Position numbers and translations under genes: made by a program
Shown here: piece after piece, positions 13,551-26,199 of the stretch
Layout: each line of letters opens with the position of its first letter
Numbering within the stretch: the first letter of the stretch is position 1
Assembly: GCF_963921235.1 (NCBI RefSeq)
Contig: NC_086097.1
Coordinates: 172,858,001 to 172,922,000 of the forward strand
Direction of reading: 5' to 3'
Source of the DNA: Mobula hypostoma
Lineage: Eukaryota
DNA: 64,000 nt
Notes under the pieces: model-generated
Told to the model about the DNA's origin: nothing
Database searches by the model: none
What the model saw: only the letters and a program-made list of their open reading frames with translations

Positions 13551-14229
13551 TAACCATATTACACAATCCACTCATCTAATTCATTGCTATAGATATAAAC
13601 AGCTGGGGTTCCAGCAATGATCTGCTAGACAACCATTAGTCATGGCCTTCAAATCCAAAAATGGCTAATTAATTTGATCTCCCTGTTTTGTTCCAATTAC
13701 CCCCTCATTTAGTCCATGCCAGTTTATTTCCCCAAATCTCTGAATTCATTTAATAATATTTTGAGTTGTAAATTATCAAAGGCCTTCTGAAAGTCTGAAT
13801 ACACCTTGTGACTGTTTTTTTCTTATCTGCACTGCCAGTTAAAATTCAAAAACTTCAGATTTGTCAAATGTGACCTGTCTCTCATAAATCTATGCTGACT
13901 CTGACCAACACTAATTTTTTCCCCAAGAATCCTGTTACCATTTCCTGAATAATAGATTCCAGTATTTTCCCTAACTAGCTAATTGGTCTATACTTGGGAT
14001 TCTCTCTCCCTCTTGTCTTAATAGTAGGGTAACAATTGCCAACTTCTAATCTATGAGAACCATTTTAGAATCAATGTCATATGAGAAAATGCAGTATATT
14101 ATCAAGATTTCATTTTTTGTAAGATCTGAAAACAAATGTAATCAGTAAACCTGTTTAGCACTAAAATGTTCATGGAAAATGCTCCAAACAATGAGTCAAA
14201 GAATGATAAACCAATACAGCAAGTAAGTA

Positions 14230-15431
14230 TATAGGTCCAACCAGTCCATGCTGGCCATCCAGCTAGTCGCAGCTTACTGCATTCAGCCCATGTTCCTCTG
14301 AGCCCCATCCCTCCTTGTGCCTCTGCAAGTGCTTTTTAAACGATACCACTGTACCTGCCTCAATGACTTCCTGTGGCAGCTTGTTCCACAAGTCAACATT
14401 GTCTGTGTGGAACACTTGCTCCTTGGGTCCTTTTTCCCAGAATCTTGCCCCTCTCACTCTAAGCCTCTGCCCCCTAGGTTTTGTCTCCCCTACCCTGGGG
14501 AAAAGTTTGTTAGCATCCATCTCATTGATACTTCTCACAATCGTAAGTCCTTCCATAAGGTTGTACCCTCATTTGGAGAGATTTGAGAGGGTGAAAGGTA
14601 TGGATCTCCAATTAGAAGGGAGGATGAAGGTTTACATCCAGTAACCAGTAACCTTGTAATCACATAAACTATGGACAATGGGAATAGAAATGGTTATTCA
14701 TCCAAACCAATTTGATGAGCAGGTCAAGAAGCATCATAAGATTCAGGTTGACATCTGCTTTGATTTTCCATGTGTTGGTCTTTGAACAACTCTTTCCACA
14801 CTCTTCTTTGACCTTCTCCATCTTCTGCTTCTGAGAAGAGATTTAAGAAAACAGAGGCAGGACTAGGATATTCAACCCCTATCACCTGCCCTGCCATTCA
14901 ATATGGACACGGCTATTCTGCTCTAAGCCCCACTTTCTCCTCTGTCCATGTTTCTTCATAGCCATCAATTCCCTTATCTTTTTCTTATACCATAAGATAT
15001 AGTGGCAGAATTAGGCTATTAGCTCCTTCGAGTCTGCTCTGACATTTAATCAAAGCTGGTTTTTTTCAACACCATTCTCCCAAAATTTCCCCATAATCCT
15101 TAACCATCTTAGCAATCAGCAACCTATCTATCACTGCATTAAATACGCCCAATGAGTCAGCCTCCACAGCCTTCTGTGGCAACATATTCCAGAGGTTCAC
15201 CACTCTCTAGCTGCAGATCTTTTCCATTTATTCTGAGACTATGCCCTCTGATCCTAGACTCTTTCTCTAATAGAAATACGCTCTCTGCTTTCACTGTAAC
15301 TAGACCTTTCAATATCAAGTGAAGTTTCCATGAGATTCCTCCTGTCCTGAACTCCATCAAGTACGAGTTCAGAGCCATTAAACATTCCTCATACGTTAAG
15401 CTTTTTACTCCTGGGACATCAACCTCTAGAT
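14230..15431 (-). mobile_element. Cluster of old CR1 3' fragments
   Basis: ORFs 14263..14556 (LFPRVGETKPRG..LWNKLPQEV) and 15157..15459 (ESRIRGHSLRI). Boundaries are approximate and some non-repeat sequence is interspersed. Confidence 0.65.
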
Positions 15432-16425
15432 CAGGGGTGGCCAACCTTTTGCATTCCATGCGTCAATTTTTTCACGCATGAGTTCAGATGCGCCGTACTA
15501 CCCTTGTACCCCATTCAATTCTTGTGAAAATATGCTATTATAGACATATTTAGCATTTTTACATGATATATTGATTTAATATAAAAACAAGATAAACAAT
15601 ACTTAATGAGACTTTTGAGTCTGTTTTGATTTCGCCAAGCTTTTAATGTTTGGAGTTAAATTAGTTACTGAGAGCAGCAGAGAATTCTTCAAATTTGATT
15701 CAGTCAATTGCGACCTCATTTTGTTTTTAATCAATTTCATGGCTGAAAATGTTTTCACAAACAATGCACAATGGTTTTCCTGATGGACCCACTATAAATA
15801 AGAACTCATTTTCCCACTGTTCATTGAATTTATGCTTACTATCACTTTCTGTTTTTCTTTTGCACTGTGATGAGTAACTGAATGTAAAAACAAGACTTAA
15901 TTTTCGAAAAAGTACCAAACTGCAAATGTTCACAAAGGACGAACAAAGCACAACTCCGTAGCGCACGAATGTCAATTGTAAACTGACTGGCAAAAACCTG
16001 TGACGCACCGCTGGTGCAGACGCCTGGCACCTCAGGATCAAACAAATATCAAACGTGTATTGAACAGTTATGGACGACTGCAGAACAAAAGTCCTTCTTT
16101 CCTAGTTTGACTCATTGAACATTTTTAAAAAATTGAAAACAGATTAATGTGAAGGAAGATAACATTCGCCAAAAGATGTGCACGAAATAATAAAATCACT
16201 AAAAATAATTGCTAAGTTTTGGATTTGTTCTCAGTAAGACCCATTTCTAGCTCTAAGCTACTTGAATTCCTGTTATAGACTTTTGTTTCTACAAATCAGT
16301 TTTTGGTTAATACTTCTTGCATGAGTAGGCTTACTTTTTTATTATTATCACTGGGATGCAATGCACCACTTCTAATCATCCAATGCACCACTTTTGCCGC
16401 ATGCACCATAGGTTGTCCATCCCTG
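15432..16425 (-). mobile_element. hAT DNA transposon (Charlie/Buster/SPIN-like), internally deleted
   Basis: TIRs CAGGGGTGGCCAACC and GGTTGTCCATCCCTG. 8-bp TSD CTCTAGAT (15424-15431) / CTGTAGAT (16426-16433) with central TA. Transposase N-terminus KRKTESDSKHKFNEQWENEFLF…PLCIVC is joined to C-terminus FSAMKLIKNKMRSQLTESNLKNSL…QTQKSH*. Confidence 0.9.
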
Positions 16426-16433
16426 CTGTAGAT

Positions 16434-18300
16434 GCTCTCCATGGCCAACACATCCTCCTGTGATATCGGGCCCAGAATTGCTCACGACATTTTAAATGTG
16501 ATCTTATAAAGCACTAGCAGTCCATCTTGCTTCTGCTTTAACCACCTTTAGAAATCCAGCCTCCACAACCCTCTAATCTAAGGCATTTCAGAGGTTCACC
16601 ACCCTCAGTGAGAAATCCCTACATAACCTGGTTTTAAATGATTGCTCTCCAAATTGTGGAACCATGACTCCTTGATCCCAGTGCAGAACAAAAAACCATG
16701 AGAATCTTAGCGTTGTAGAGTCATACAGCACAGACTCAGGTCTTTCAGCGCCAATGGTCCATGCCAACCAATATTCCCACCTAAACTAATCCCATGTACC
16801 CATATACCTGTCAACCTTTCCTACCCATACCTGCTGAAACCATTTCATCTAGTAGCTCACTCCATATACAGACCACCCACTGGATGAAAAGTTTGCCCCT
16901 CGGGTTTCTATTGAACCTATTCCCTCTCACCCTAAATCTTTGCCCACTCATTCTTGATGCTCCAAACCTGGGAAGAAGACTGCCACCTATGCCTTCATGA
17001 TTTTATGCACCTCTATAAGGTCACATCTCAATCTCTTATGATCCACGGAAATAAGTCCCAACCTTTCCAACACCTCTTCATAAAGAGATGAAGGAAACCA
17101 CTAAAGCTGTCTCATCCAACATTCACCCTGTCTGTGCTACTCATTATTTAATATATTAATCTTAGTTCTTTTTAGTTTATGGAAATGCTCCTCTCCCCAC
17201 CAGTCTGAGGCTAGTTGGGGAGGAAGTTTCCTCCCCTTTGTTTTGGTCCCTTGTTGTGGACCCCATTGAAGGAAATTCTACTAATCTTTTCAACTACACC
17301 TTAAACACCTTGATCAGGTTACCCCCTAACTTTAACTTCTCAGGGGAAAATGAATTCATAATTAACCTAACCAGCCCTGATATCATTCAAATCGAACAAT
17401 GTTGTTTTACAACTCGTTCCCAAGTCAAGACCTTAAGACATGGGAGCAGAATTAGGCCATTTGGCCGATGTAGTCTGAACTGCCATTCCATCATGGCTGA
17501 TTTATCATCTCTCTTAACCCCATTCTCCTGCCATCTCTCCATAACCTTTGATGCCTTGATTAAACAAGAACTTATCAACCTCTGGCTTAAATATACCCAA
17601 TAATTTGGCAAGTACAGCCAAATTAGAACCCCTTCAGTCTTCTAAACTCCAACAAGTACAGGCCCAGAACCTCAAATGCACCTCATATGTTAACCCCTTC
17701 AATACTGCGATAATTCTTGTGAAATTCCTCCGGACCCTCTCCAATGCCAGCATATTCTTTCTTAGAAAAGGGGCCCAAAATTCCTCACAATACTCCATGC
17801 AGTCTGACCAATGCCTTATAAAACCCCATTATTATATCCTCGCTTTTGTATTCTAGTTCTCTCCAAATGAATGCTAATATTGTACTTGCCTTCCTCATCC
17901 ACAAGTTTACCATTACAGATTCCTGACAATGACTCTGAGTCCCTTTGGACCTCTGATTTTTTGATGTTTCACCCCATTTAGAAAATACACAATGACTTCA
18001 TTCCTTCTGCCAAAGTGCATGACCATGTATTGTTCCATCTGCCACTTCTTTGCCCACTCTCACAGTTGGTGTAAGTACTTCTGCAGACACTCTGCTTCCT
18101 CAACACTACCTGCCCCGCCATCTAACTTTGAATCATCTACAGAGCATCATTTTCCAGGGGTCCAATGTTGACTCTCATCTCTCTTTTACTCTTTATATGG
18201 TACATCTAAAAATAGCTTTTTGCATCCTCTTTTATATTATTGGCTAGTTTACCTTCATATTTCATCCTTTCTCTCTTTATGACTTTTTTTGTTGCCTTTA
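16434..18300 (-). mobile_element. Several decayed CR1 fragments
   Basis: Antisense CR1 3'-end motifs (GCAGAATTAGGCCATT, CTCTCACCCTAAATC, CTCTCCAATGCCAGC). The first fragment continues the CR1 interrupted by the hAT element. Confidence 0.65.
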
Positions 18301-19929
18301 GCAGGGCTCTGTTCTTGTGAACTATTTTCACACAGTACCCAGCATATCCATCCTGCCCGTATCTCCAACACTCATTTGTATGTATGGGTGTACATTAGTT
18401 GGGTGTTCACAATGTGGCGAGGACCTGAGCCTTCGGGACCATTGTTTGCTTCTTGAGCTACAATTTCCAGACACAACATTTGAGTCAAATGGTGTCCAAC
18501 AAAATATAGCTAATTGTTTGTATAGCACGAGGAGATTATCAAGTGAAGGCCGCAGATTATCTAAGGATGGTTTGAAAACTGCCAAGGTCTGGGGAAGATA
18601 GACTCTCTGTTCTCTCAATCAATGTCAAGACTAAGCTGAGATTCCAACTATAATATTAGACACATTGGGCATTGGGTTGTTTTCCTTGAAGCAAGAAGGT
18701 TGAGAGGACATTTTATAGAGTTGTACAGAACTATGGCAGGTTTCAAAATGCCAAAGAGAAGAAAGCTGATCCCATCAGTGAATACTCCAAGGATAACAAC
18801 ATATAAAACTTAGACAAAGTCTGGGGGAGGGGAGAGCATATGCATGTATTTTTACACTGAGAATCTGCCTGTAAGGGTCATGGAAATAACATTAATCATC
18901 TTCTTCAAAAGAGGTTTGGATAGACAGTTGTAAGAGATTAATTTTCAGGGCTCATTTGGAGAAATAGGACTAATAATGCTTTATCAGGAGATAGAACAAA
19001 GTTGATGGTCTAATTGGTGTCTTGTGGCTCACATTCTAGTCACATGTGATAAAGAAGCAATGACAGCTAGGGATCGGTGGATAGTCCTCTTCCCTTTGTA
19101 GACTCTCTAGAAACCCAAGCACAGATAACAGGGCTGACATTCCAGCGTAGTGCAGAGGGATTAAGGAATTAACACAGTGCCCAGGGATTGCTGCTAGTGC
19201 CAAGGGAGTAACAGTGCTGAAGGATTAACACAGTGCCAAGGGAGAAATGCACTGTTGGCAATTGATAATTGGGAAATTAGTTTATTACTGTAACACATAC
19301 CAAACCAATACCAGGGAAAAACTTTGTTTTGCATACCATCGATGCAGGATGGGTATTCACTGTCCAGGGTCTGGTGGTGGGGGGGTGGGGGGGGGTTGTT
19401 TTTTGCCAAGCTCAGCTTTGCAACACAGCAGCTGACAATTCCAGGGATCAAAGAGTTGTTTTAAGTAAGATAAACTTCCTATCAATAATCTTTTCTCAGC
19501 TTCTTGTTGTAAAAAGAACCAGTCTTCATTTTGTAATGTAAATTGTAAGCAATAATCATCAATCTGAAGTTAAGAGGACAGCTTTACAAACAGCACTGTC
19601 TATAGAGTACTGGCTGCTGGCCACAGCACATGGTTGATTGCACAAGTGATGTACTGTAAGACAATGGGTTTATATTAATTGGGCCTACATCAAACTGGGT
19701 AATACTGGCTAAGTTATTTAGTTCAAGGAAGTTTGTAGACTAGACTGATACTATCTCTTAGCACATCAAATAGCTGATCTATCAATAGTTGGGAGATTTG
19801 TATACTCAGAACATCAGCCCTTCTCACAGCATTCATTTTGGGGATCAGGGATCTCTGTCTCCAGAAGCTTCTACACCATCGGTGTAGTCACCAAGAAGCA
19901 AAAATGTATTAAGGAGTAGCAGTTGTTAG

Positions 19930-20088
19930 GAATATATTTGTGTGCTGTAGCACTTTTTTATTCGCAGTTATTTTGTAAATAACACTATTCTTTGCATTTC
20001 TAGTCAGATGCTAAATGCATTTCATTGGCTTTGTATCTGTACTCGGCCCAATGACAATAAAGTTGAATCTAATCTAATCTAATCTAAT
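19930..20088 (+). mobile_element. LINE 3' end with (TCTAA)n tail
   Basis: …AATGACAATAAAGTTGAATCTAATCTAATCTAATCTAAT: a polyA-like signal followed by a pentamer tandem tail. Confidence 0.55.
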
Positions 20089-21069
20089 GTCAAGGGATGA
20101 CAAGAAGAATGACAGAAACAGAGATGACTAGTATCCATTCCTCTGCCTTCAATTTCTGCGATGGATGACTCATTCAACTGCGACTTGTTGGTATGTCTTT
20201 TTACTTTATAGGAATTGTACCTGTGTTTTAGAAATCATTTGTAATTTGGAAATATTTAATAAGATAGAAATCCTTTATGAGTTGTAAAAGCACTTCAAGA
20301 ATCTTACCTAAATTTAAATATGTATCACTAAAAATAAATGAATTGTGTTTAAACTGCTTCACTAGCTGGAAGTAATAGTGGGTATTGGCAGCTAAACTCG
20401 CCATGGAGGATAAACAGGGAAGTGATCCAGCTTTTGAAAAGTAGGTGGCTACAGTATAACCTCCCATTAGTGAGGTTACCTGTAGCCACGCACATCGGAT
20501 AGGGCTTAAGATCTTTATTTGAGTTCATAACCTTGCAGACAGCAAACCCATTACAGTCACTTAATTTTCTTTCATTTCTCGGCTTGAAACGTTGACTATA
20601 CTTTCCATCGATGTTGCCTGTCCTGCTGAGTTCCTGCAGCATTCTGTGTGTGTTGCCATTTTCTTTCATTACAACAGTGCATTGAGATAGTACAATGGAA
20701 AACAATAACGGAATTAATAGCAAGGTGTTACAGTTACAGTAAAAGTGAAGTGTAGGCAGACAATAAGGTACAAGGCTATAGCAAGGTAGATTGCAGGGTT
20801 AAGAGTCAATCGTATTGGACTACGGAACCATTCAATAACCTTACAACAGAAAGATCCTTGAGCCTGATTGTATGTGCTTTCAGACTTTTGTATCTTCTGC
20901 CCAAACAGAGGGGGTTGAAGAGAAGATTTCTGGGTAGGGAAGGGCCTTTGATTCTGTTGACTTCTTCACTGAGGCAGCAAGAAGAGTAAAACCGAGCCCA
21001 TGGATGACAGACCAGTTTCTGTGATGTGCTGAGCTGTGTTTAATTCTCTGCAGTTTCTTGTGGCCATAG

Positions 21070-21655
21070 GCTATATTGAATAAGCTATGCTACAGCTTCA
21101 TAAAACCTTAGTTAGATGGCATCTGGAGTATTGTATTCAATTTTGGTTGCTCCAGTATAGGAATGACGCGGAGGCTTTGGAGAGGATGCAGAAGTGATTC
21201 AACAGGTTGCTGCCTGGATTACAATGCATGAGCTAGAAAGAGAGGTTGGACAAACTAGAGTTGTTTTCTCTGGAACTAGAGGCTGAAGGGAAACCAAACA
21301 GAAATTTATAAAATACTGAAAGGCACAGATAGACAGCCAGTATCTTTTACTCAGGGCTGTAATATCCAATATCAGATTACATGTATTATTAGTGGAAGAG
21401 GATATATTCAAAGGAGATGTGCGGGGCACGATTCTTACATAGAGTGGTGGGTGCCTAGGATGCAATGCCAGGGATGCAGGTGGAGGCAGATATGATAGGC
21501 TTTCACATAGGCATATCACAATACAACAAATGGAGAGATATTGATCAGGTGCAGACAGAAGTGATTAGTTTAATAAGGCATTATTATCTCAATTAGTTCA
21601 GCACAATATTGTGGGGTGAAGGGTCTATTCTTGTGCTGCAAGTTCTATGTTCAAT
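21070..21655 (+). mobile_element. Old CR1 3' fragment, preceded by a minus-strand Rex1-like fragment at about 20680-21070
   Basis: CATCTGGAGTATTGTATTCAATTTTGG (HLEYCIQFW) and a TTCTATGTTC tail near 21645. Confidence 0.7.
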
Positions 21656-21732
21656 GTACTGAGTGTGTGCAAAAGCTGAAATATTAGGACATGGTGGTTT
21701 TGCCTGTTGTACTGTTTTGTGAAAGGAATATA

Positions 21733-22233
21733 CACTCAGTAGCCACTATACTGGGTACATCTGTACATTAATGCAAATATCTAATCAGCCAATCATGTGG
21801 CAGCAACTCAGTGCATAAAAGCATGTACATATGGTCAAGAGGTTCAATTTTGTTCAGACCAAACATCAAAATGGGGAAAAACTGTGACTTTGATCATGAA
21901 ATGATTGTTGGAGCCAGATGGGGTGGTTTGAGTATCTTAGAAACTGCTGATGTCCTGGGATGTTTACACAAAACAGTCTCTAGAGTTTACAGAGAATGTG
22001 ATGAAAAAAGAACAAAAAACATCCAGAGAATGGCAGTTCTGGAATCAAAAACATCTTGTTGCTGGGAGAAGTCAGAAAAGAATGGCCAGACTGGTTCTAG
22101 CTGACATGAAGGTGACTGTAACTCAAATAACTATGTGTTACAACAGCGGTGTGCAGAAGAGCACATCGAACTTGAAGTGGATGGCCTACAGCTGCAGAAG
22201 ACAGGAGGTATCTGATAATGTGGCCACTGGGTG
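21733..22233 (+). mobile_element. Tc1-like non-autonomous element retaining transposase N-terminus
   Basis: Degenerate TIRs CACTCAGTAGCCACT and TGTGGCCACTGGGTG after TA. Encodes MGKNCDFDHEMIVGARWGGLSILETADVLG..TVSRVYRE (HTH). Homologous to 52847-53397. Confidence 0.8.
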
Positions 22234-22789
22234 AAAGTGCTGCAAAATTTGATGGAACATTGTGAATACCAGGTGGTCAGTGACGTTTTAAGTAATTGCC
22301 ACCATTTGCATTGGCTTAAGAGAACTTTCTGGTACTTGTTCACACAAAGAATGGGGTCTATGTGGAAAGAGCCACAGGAGGAAGTGGTTGATACTGGAAC
22401 TATAACATTTAAAATACACTTGGACAATTATATGAAAAGAAAAGGTTTAGACTCTAAACTTCAGAGGGACCAGGCTCAAATGTGGGCAAAGGTGACTAGC
22501 TTAGATGGGCAACTTGGTCGGCATGGACAAATTGGGTTGAAGGTGTTGCATTACTCCATGACTATATTTTTGTTTGGCAGATGTGCTTTTGTCCATCCTT
22601 AATTTCTTCTTAAATTAAGTGACTCTGTGGCTCATTTCAGAGGGTAGTAAAGAGTCAATGTAGTTGTTCTCACACAGAAGCCAGGCTGCGTAAATATTCA
22701 TCAATAGACCGCAGCGAATCAGATGGATTTTCCAACAGTTCCTTTGTCTCATGATCGTCAGCACTGATGCTAGTGTTTTTTTTTAATCT

Positions 22790-22940
22790 AGCCATTGCAA
22801 TTTATGGGAGCTTGCTATGTACAAAATGACTGCTGTTTCCTACGCTACACCAATGACTATACTTCAAAGGTATTTCAGTGATTAAAAAATTCCTTTGGAA
22901 TCCCTGAAGTAAAAAAAAACTACGAAAATTGCATGCCTTT
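22790..22940 (+). mobile_element. DeuSINE (SacSINE1/AmnSINE1-like) 3' fragment
   Basis: GGGAGCTTGCTATGTACAAAATGACTGCTGTTTCCTAC…TGACTATACTTCAAAG resembles the recalled DeuSINE 3' consensus. Confidence 0.55.
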
Positions 22941-24884
22941 TGCTTCCATACCCACTTCTTTTTTGTGAACAGCAGGAGCAAATATATCTACCTGAAAATG
23001 CTTTGACAATTTGGAAAATGGGTCATTATAAAATTCAAGTCCAACAGGTAATTGGTCACAAGTCAATGTTATTATCTGGTAGTACAGTGAAAAAATAATG
23101 GAACATTTTCCAGTCTCAGACACAAACTTCAACCTTGGAAGCAATATCAGAAAATTGTTGACGGACCAGAAAATGCATCTGCACTTATCCAGGATTACAT
23201 ATTGAGCGAGGTTATGTGGAATTCTGCTGCCAAACATCTGAAACTTTTTCAGTTTTTATAACAAACTATCTGACTTCACCTCCAGCATATAAGGAAACAA
23301 TATGAAATGAACCTTAGTCGATGTTGTACAAATATTTTTATTTAGACACAGATTATTTAAGGAAAGAAATCAAAACCAGATGTTGGGAATACGTTTCAGG
23401 GAGGTGCTTTCAAGAGGCCTGACAGCTTCACAAAGTATGGCAGACCTCAAGCGTGACTGGACTGAAGCCACACCTCACTCAGGACGATGTCAGACAGCCA
23501 TCAGTGATATGGCAACTGATAGAAAGACCAAATGCCTCAGCCACTGAGTATGCTGAGTATATTTAACATGCAGGTCCGTTCCGGTTTTAATCTGGCTTTA
23601 ACAAAGTTGAAATGGGCTTTGCATCATGTGTGCATGCATGTCTATCTTTCTGTGTACAACTGAGATTTATATATCCTATTGTGAACATCTGCATTGTTTC
23701 ATCTGCCCAGCACTGCCCTGCATCTGTTAACTTTTATGATTTGGCTGCTTTTCCCATCCATTCTTACCAAAAGCTTATTGTTTTACACATGGATTCAACA
23801 TTGCAGTGTTCTTTGCATCATTGTTGTATCTGAATGTTAGTTGGTTATGTTTTTGTTTTGGGTGGGAGGGCAGAGGAAGGAGGAGGTCCAGTGGGTGGGT
23901 GAAAAGACTGGCAGGAAGGAATTGTCTATGAGTGGGAGTGGTAGAAGGACGAATGTTAGTTGATGGATCCACAGTGGTACATCAGCTCTAAGGCATGAAC
24001 TGTAAATGGATGTTGGGGATATCTATGGGATGATGCTCCAATCAGGTGGAGCAATTATACCCATGTCATTGTGGTAAGTGTTGATGGTTACGAATACCAA
24101 GGAAGATACTTCATAAAAGACTTCATGACAGTAGACAAGGGAACGTTCATCCCTGTCACCAAATGATGAATAAGACTCCAACATTCTCCAGTTCAAGTAT
24201 GCAAATTTTGCATAAGTGATATTAAAACATGAAGTCCACGTACTCTGATAGTACAGTAGGTCTCTGGGAAGTTAGTGCACAATCAACCAACATTAAGACA
24301 ACATATTTAAAAACTGGGTTTAAGATAAATTTTGGTTGGGGGTTACACAAAAGCATCAATTTAAAAATTCTTTGAGGCTCAAAATGTTTAGAATACCCAT
24401 GATGTCTTGCTACATATCCAGCATTCCATGGGACACATTAATCATCCAGTCCCTTTGAACTATTGTGCCAAAATTGAAGCGCAGATTGACTGTTTTAATC
24501 TGGGCTAGATAGAAAATATCTAGATAGAAAATGTTTGTTTGACAGCAACTCTTCAATGAAGACCACTTCTGACAAGAATTCTCAGGACTGTAGAGGGGTG
24601 TACTTGGGTTCCAGTGGTTTCTGTGAGTTCAGAGCTGATAGCAGTGCTGGACTTTTTCTGATTTAGAAGGATTGGCTTCTCTCAGTTTTCATGGTCGACC
24701 ACAACATTTCTGGTCCTCAATTCTGCCCGTTTCTTTGTGCATCTTCAGAAAGGCTTGGACAGCAGGTCTTGAAGCTCCTGTCTGTTGTGATATTTCTACT
24801 TGGGAGAGTCCTTGCAGATGCAGGATAACCACCTTGTGTCTTATTGCTATGCTCAATCTTGCCATAGTGTAAACATTGATGATT

Positions 24885-25466
24885 TAAAACCATAAGACAT
24901 AGGAGCAGAATTAGGCCATTCAGCCTTTGAGTCTGCTCTGCCATTCCATCATGGCTGATTGCAGATCCCACTCGACCCCATACACCTGCCTTCTCGTAAT
25001 ATCCTTTGATGTTCTGATCAATCAGGAAACTATCAATTTCCAGTCTAACTATGCCAATGAACTTGGCCTCAACCAGTGTCTGTGGCAGAGCTTTCCACAG
25101 ATTTACTACTTTCTGGCTAAAAAAATTCCTTCTTACCTTTGTTCTGAAAGGTTGTCCCTCAATTTTGAGGCTGTGCCCTCTAGTTCTGGATACCCCCACG
25201 GAAGGAAACATCCTCTCCACATCCATCTTATCTAGTCCTTTTAACATTCGGTAGTTTTCAATGAGATCCACCCCCCTCCCCGCCCCCGCATTCTTCTAAA
25301 TTCCAGTGAGTACAGGTCCAAAACTGCCAAACGCTCCACATATGCTAATCCTTTCAATCCCGGAATCATCCTCGTGAACCTCCTCTGGACTCTCTCCAAT
25401 GACAGCACATCCTTTTCAAGATATGGGACCGAAAACTGTTGGCAATACTCCAAGTGTGGCCTGACT
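24885..25466 (-). mobile_element. CR1 3' fragment
   Basis: ORFs 25241..25453 (LERVQRRFTRMIPGL) and 24717..25271 (SRTRGHSLKI..RRNFFSQKVVNLW). Confidence 0.85.
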
Positions 25467-26005
25467 TTGAAGGTTAAACTGTGATATCTGCCACACCCTC
25501 ACCTTTTAGTTTGGTTGTCCTTCGCCCTGCTTGATGCTTTCTACACATGTTTTTGTTTTAGTTAACCAGTTTAGTTCATTCAACTCATTAAGTCATTGAT
25601 CATTAGCATCCTGTTTGTTATCTTTGTTTAATCATGTACTGAGCTATATACCTACAAAGTATTCAAGTTTTTATTAGAAAAGTAGTCAGTTACTTAATAT
25701 GTTACTTTCTTTAATGAAATAAAAATATATCAGTAACATTTCTTATTTTGGAAAATGAATGTTTGGAAATCTAAAATTTGCTCTTTTCTACTGACAGACT
25801 AATGCAGAAGACAAAAATTAAACATCTAAAACAAAATGTATACGAAAAATCTAGGGTGACCAGTGCTGTATTTCTTTGTTCCTGTTCCTACAATCCCTTG
25901 ATATTAAAATTCATATCCAGCACTTAAAGCCATTCATGACTTTTTTCTGGCCTTTCCATTTCTCCCAATTTTCTTGATCTCTTCCAACCCCCCAAAATCT
26001 ACAAC

Positions 26006-26199
26006 ACATTCGGGAAAAATGAAAGATCTTGAGGTATGGACAATTGAAAGCATGCTAGCAATCGTGAAACAGATAAGATGGGGAGTGAACAGGTGATCCC
26101 ATTTCTGGTCACCTGTTCACTCCCCATTTTATCGGTTTCACGATTGCTAGTATGCTTTCAGTTGTCCATATCTCAAGATCTGTCATTTTCCCGTAATGT
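26006..26199 (+). repeat. Long imperfect inverted repeat (93-nt arms, 8-nt loop); candidate hairpin RNA
   Basis: 26006-26098 is the reverse complement of 26107-26199 apart from about 7 substitutions and a small register shift at the base. No TE motif recognised. Confidence 0.9.

Noticed and set aside
14700..14831. Purine-rich minus-strand segment after a TTCTCAG acceptor-like site
   Set aside because: There is no recognisable protein in any frame and no clear donor or partner exon, and it is embedded among CR1 fragments.
19160..19245. Short degenerate direct repeats (ATTAACACAGTGCC..GGGA)
   Set aside because: Best explained as local duplication inside a decayed DeuSINE-like fragment.
23999..24166. 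Protein-like open frame (…GYLWDDAPIRWSNYTHVIVVSVDGYEYQGRYFIKDF…) considered as an endogenous viral fragment
   Set aside because: It is only about 55 codons, has no start, and has no motif I can assign to any viral or cellular family.
24198..24214. Palindrome TATGCAAATTTTGCATA containing an octamer motif
   Set aside because: It is short and AT-rich, and no snRNA gene or promoter context is recognisable nearby.
24163..24248. C/D-box snoRNA-like pattern (ATGATGA…CTGA, about 86 nt)
   Set aside because: The terminal stem is weak, there are no clear C'/D' boxes, I could not identify an rRNA-complementary guide, and no host intron is established. A snoscan or Infernal search would be needed.
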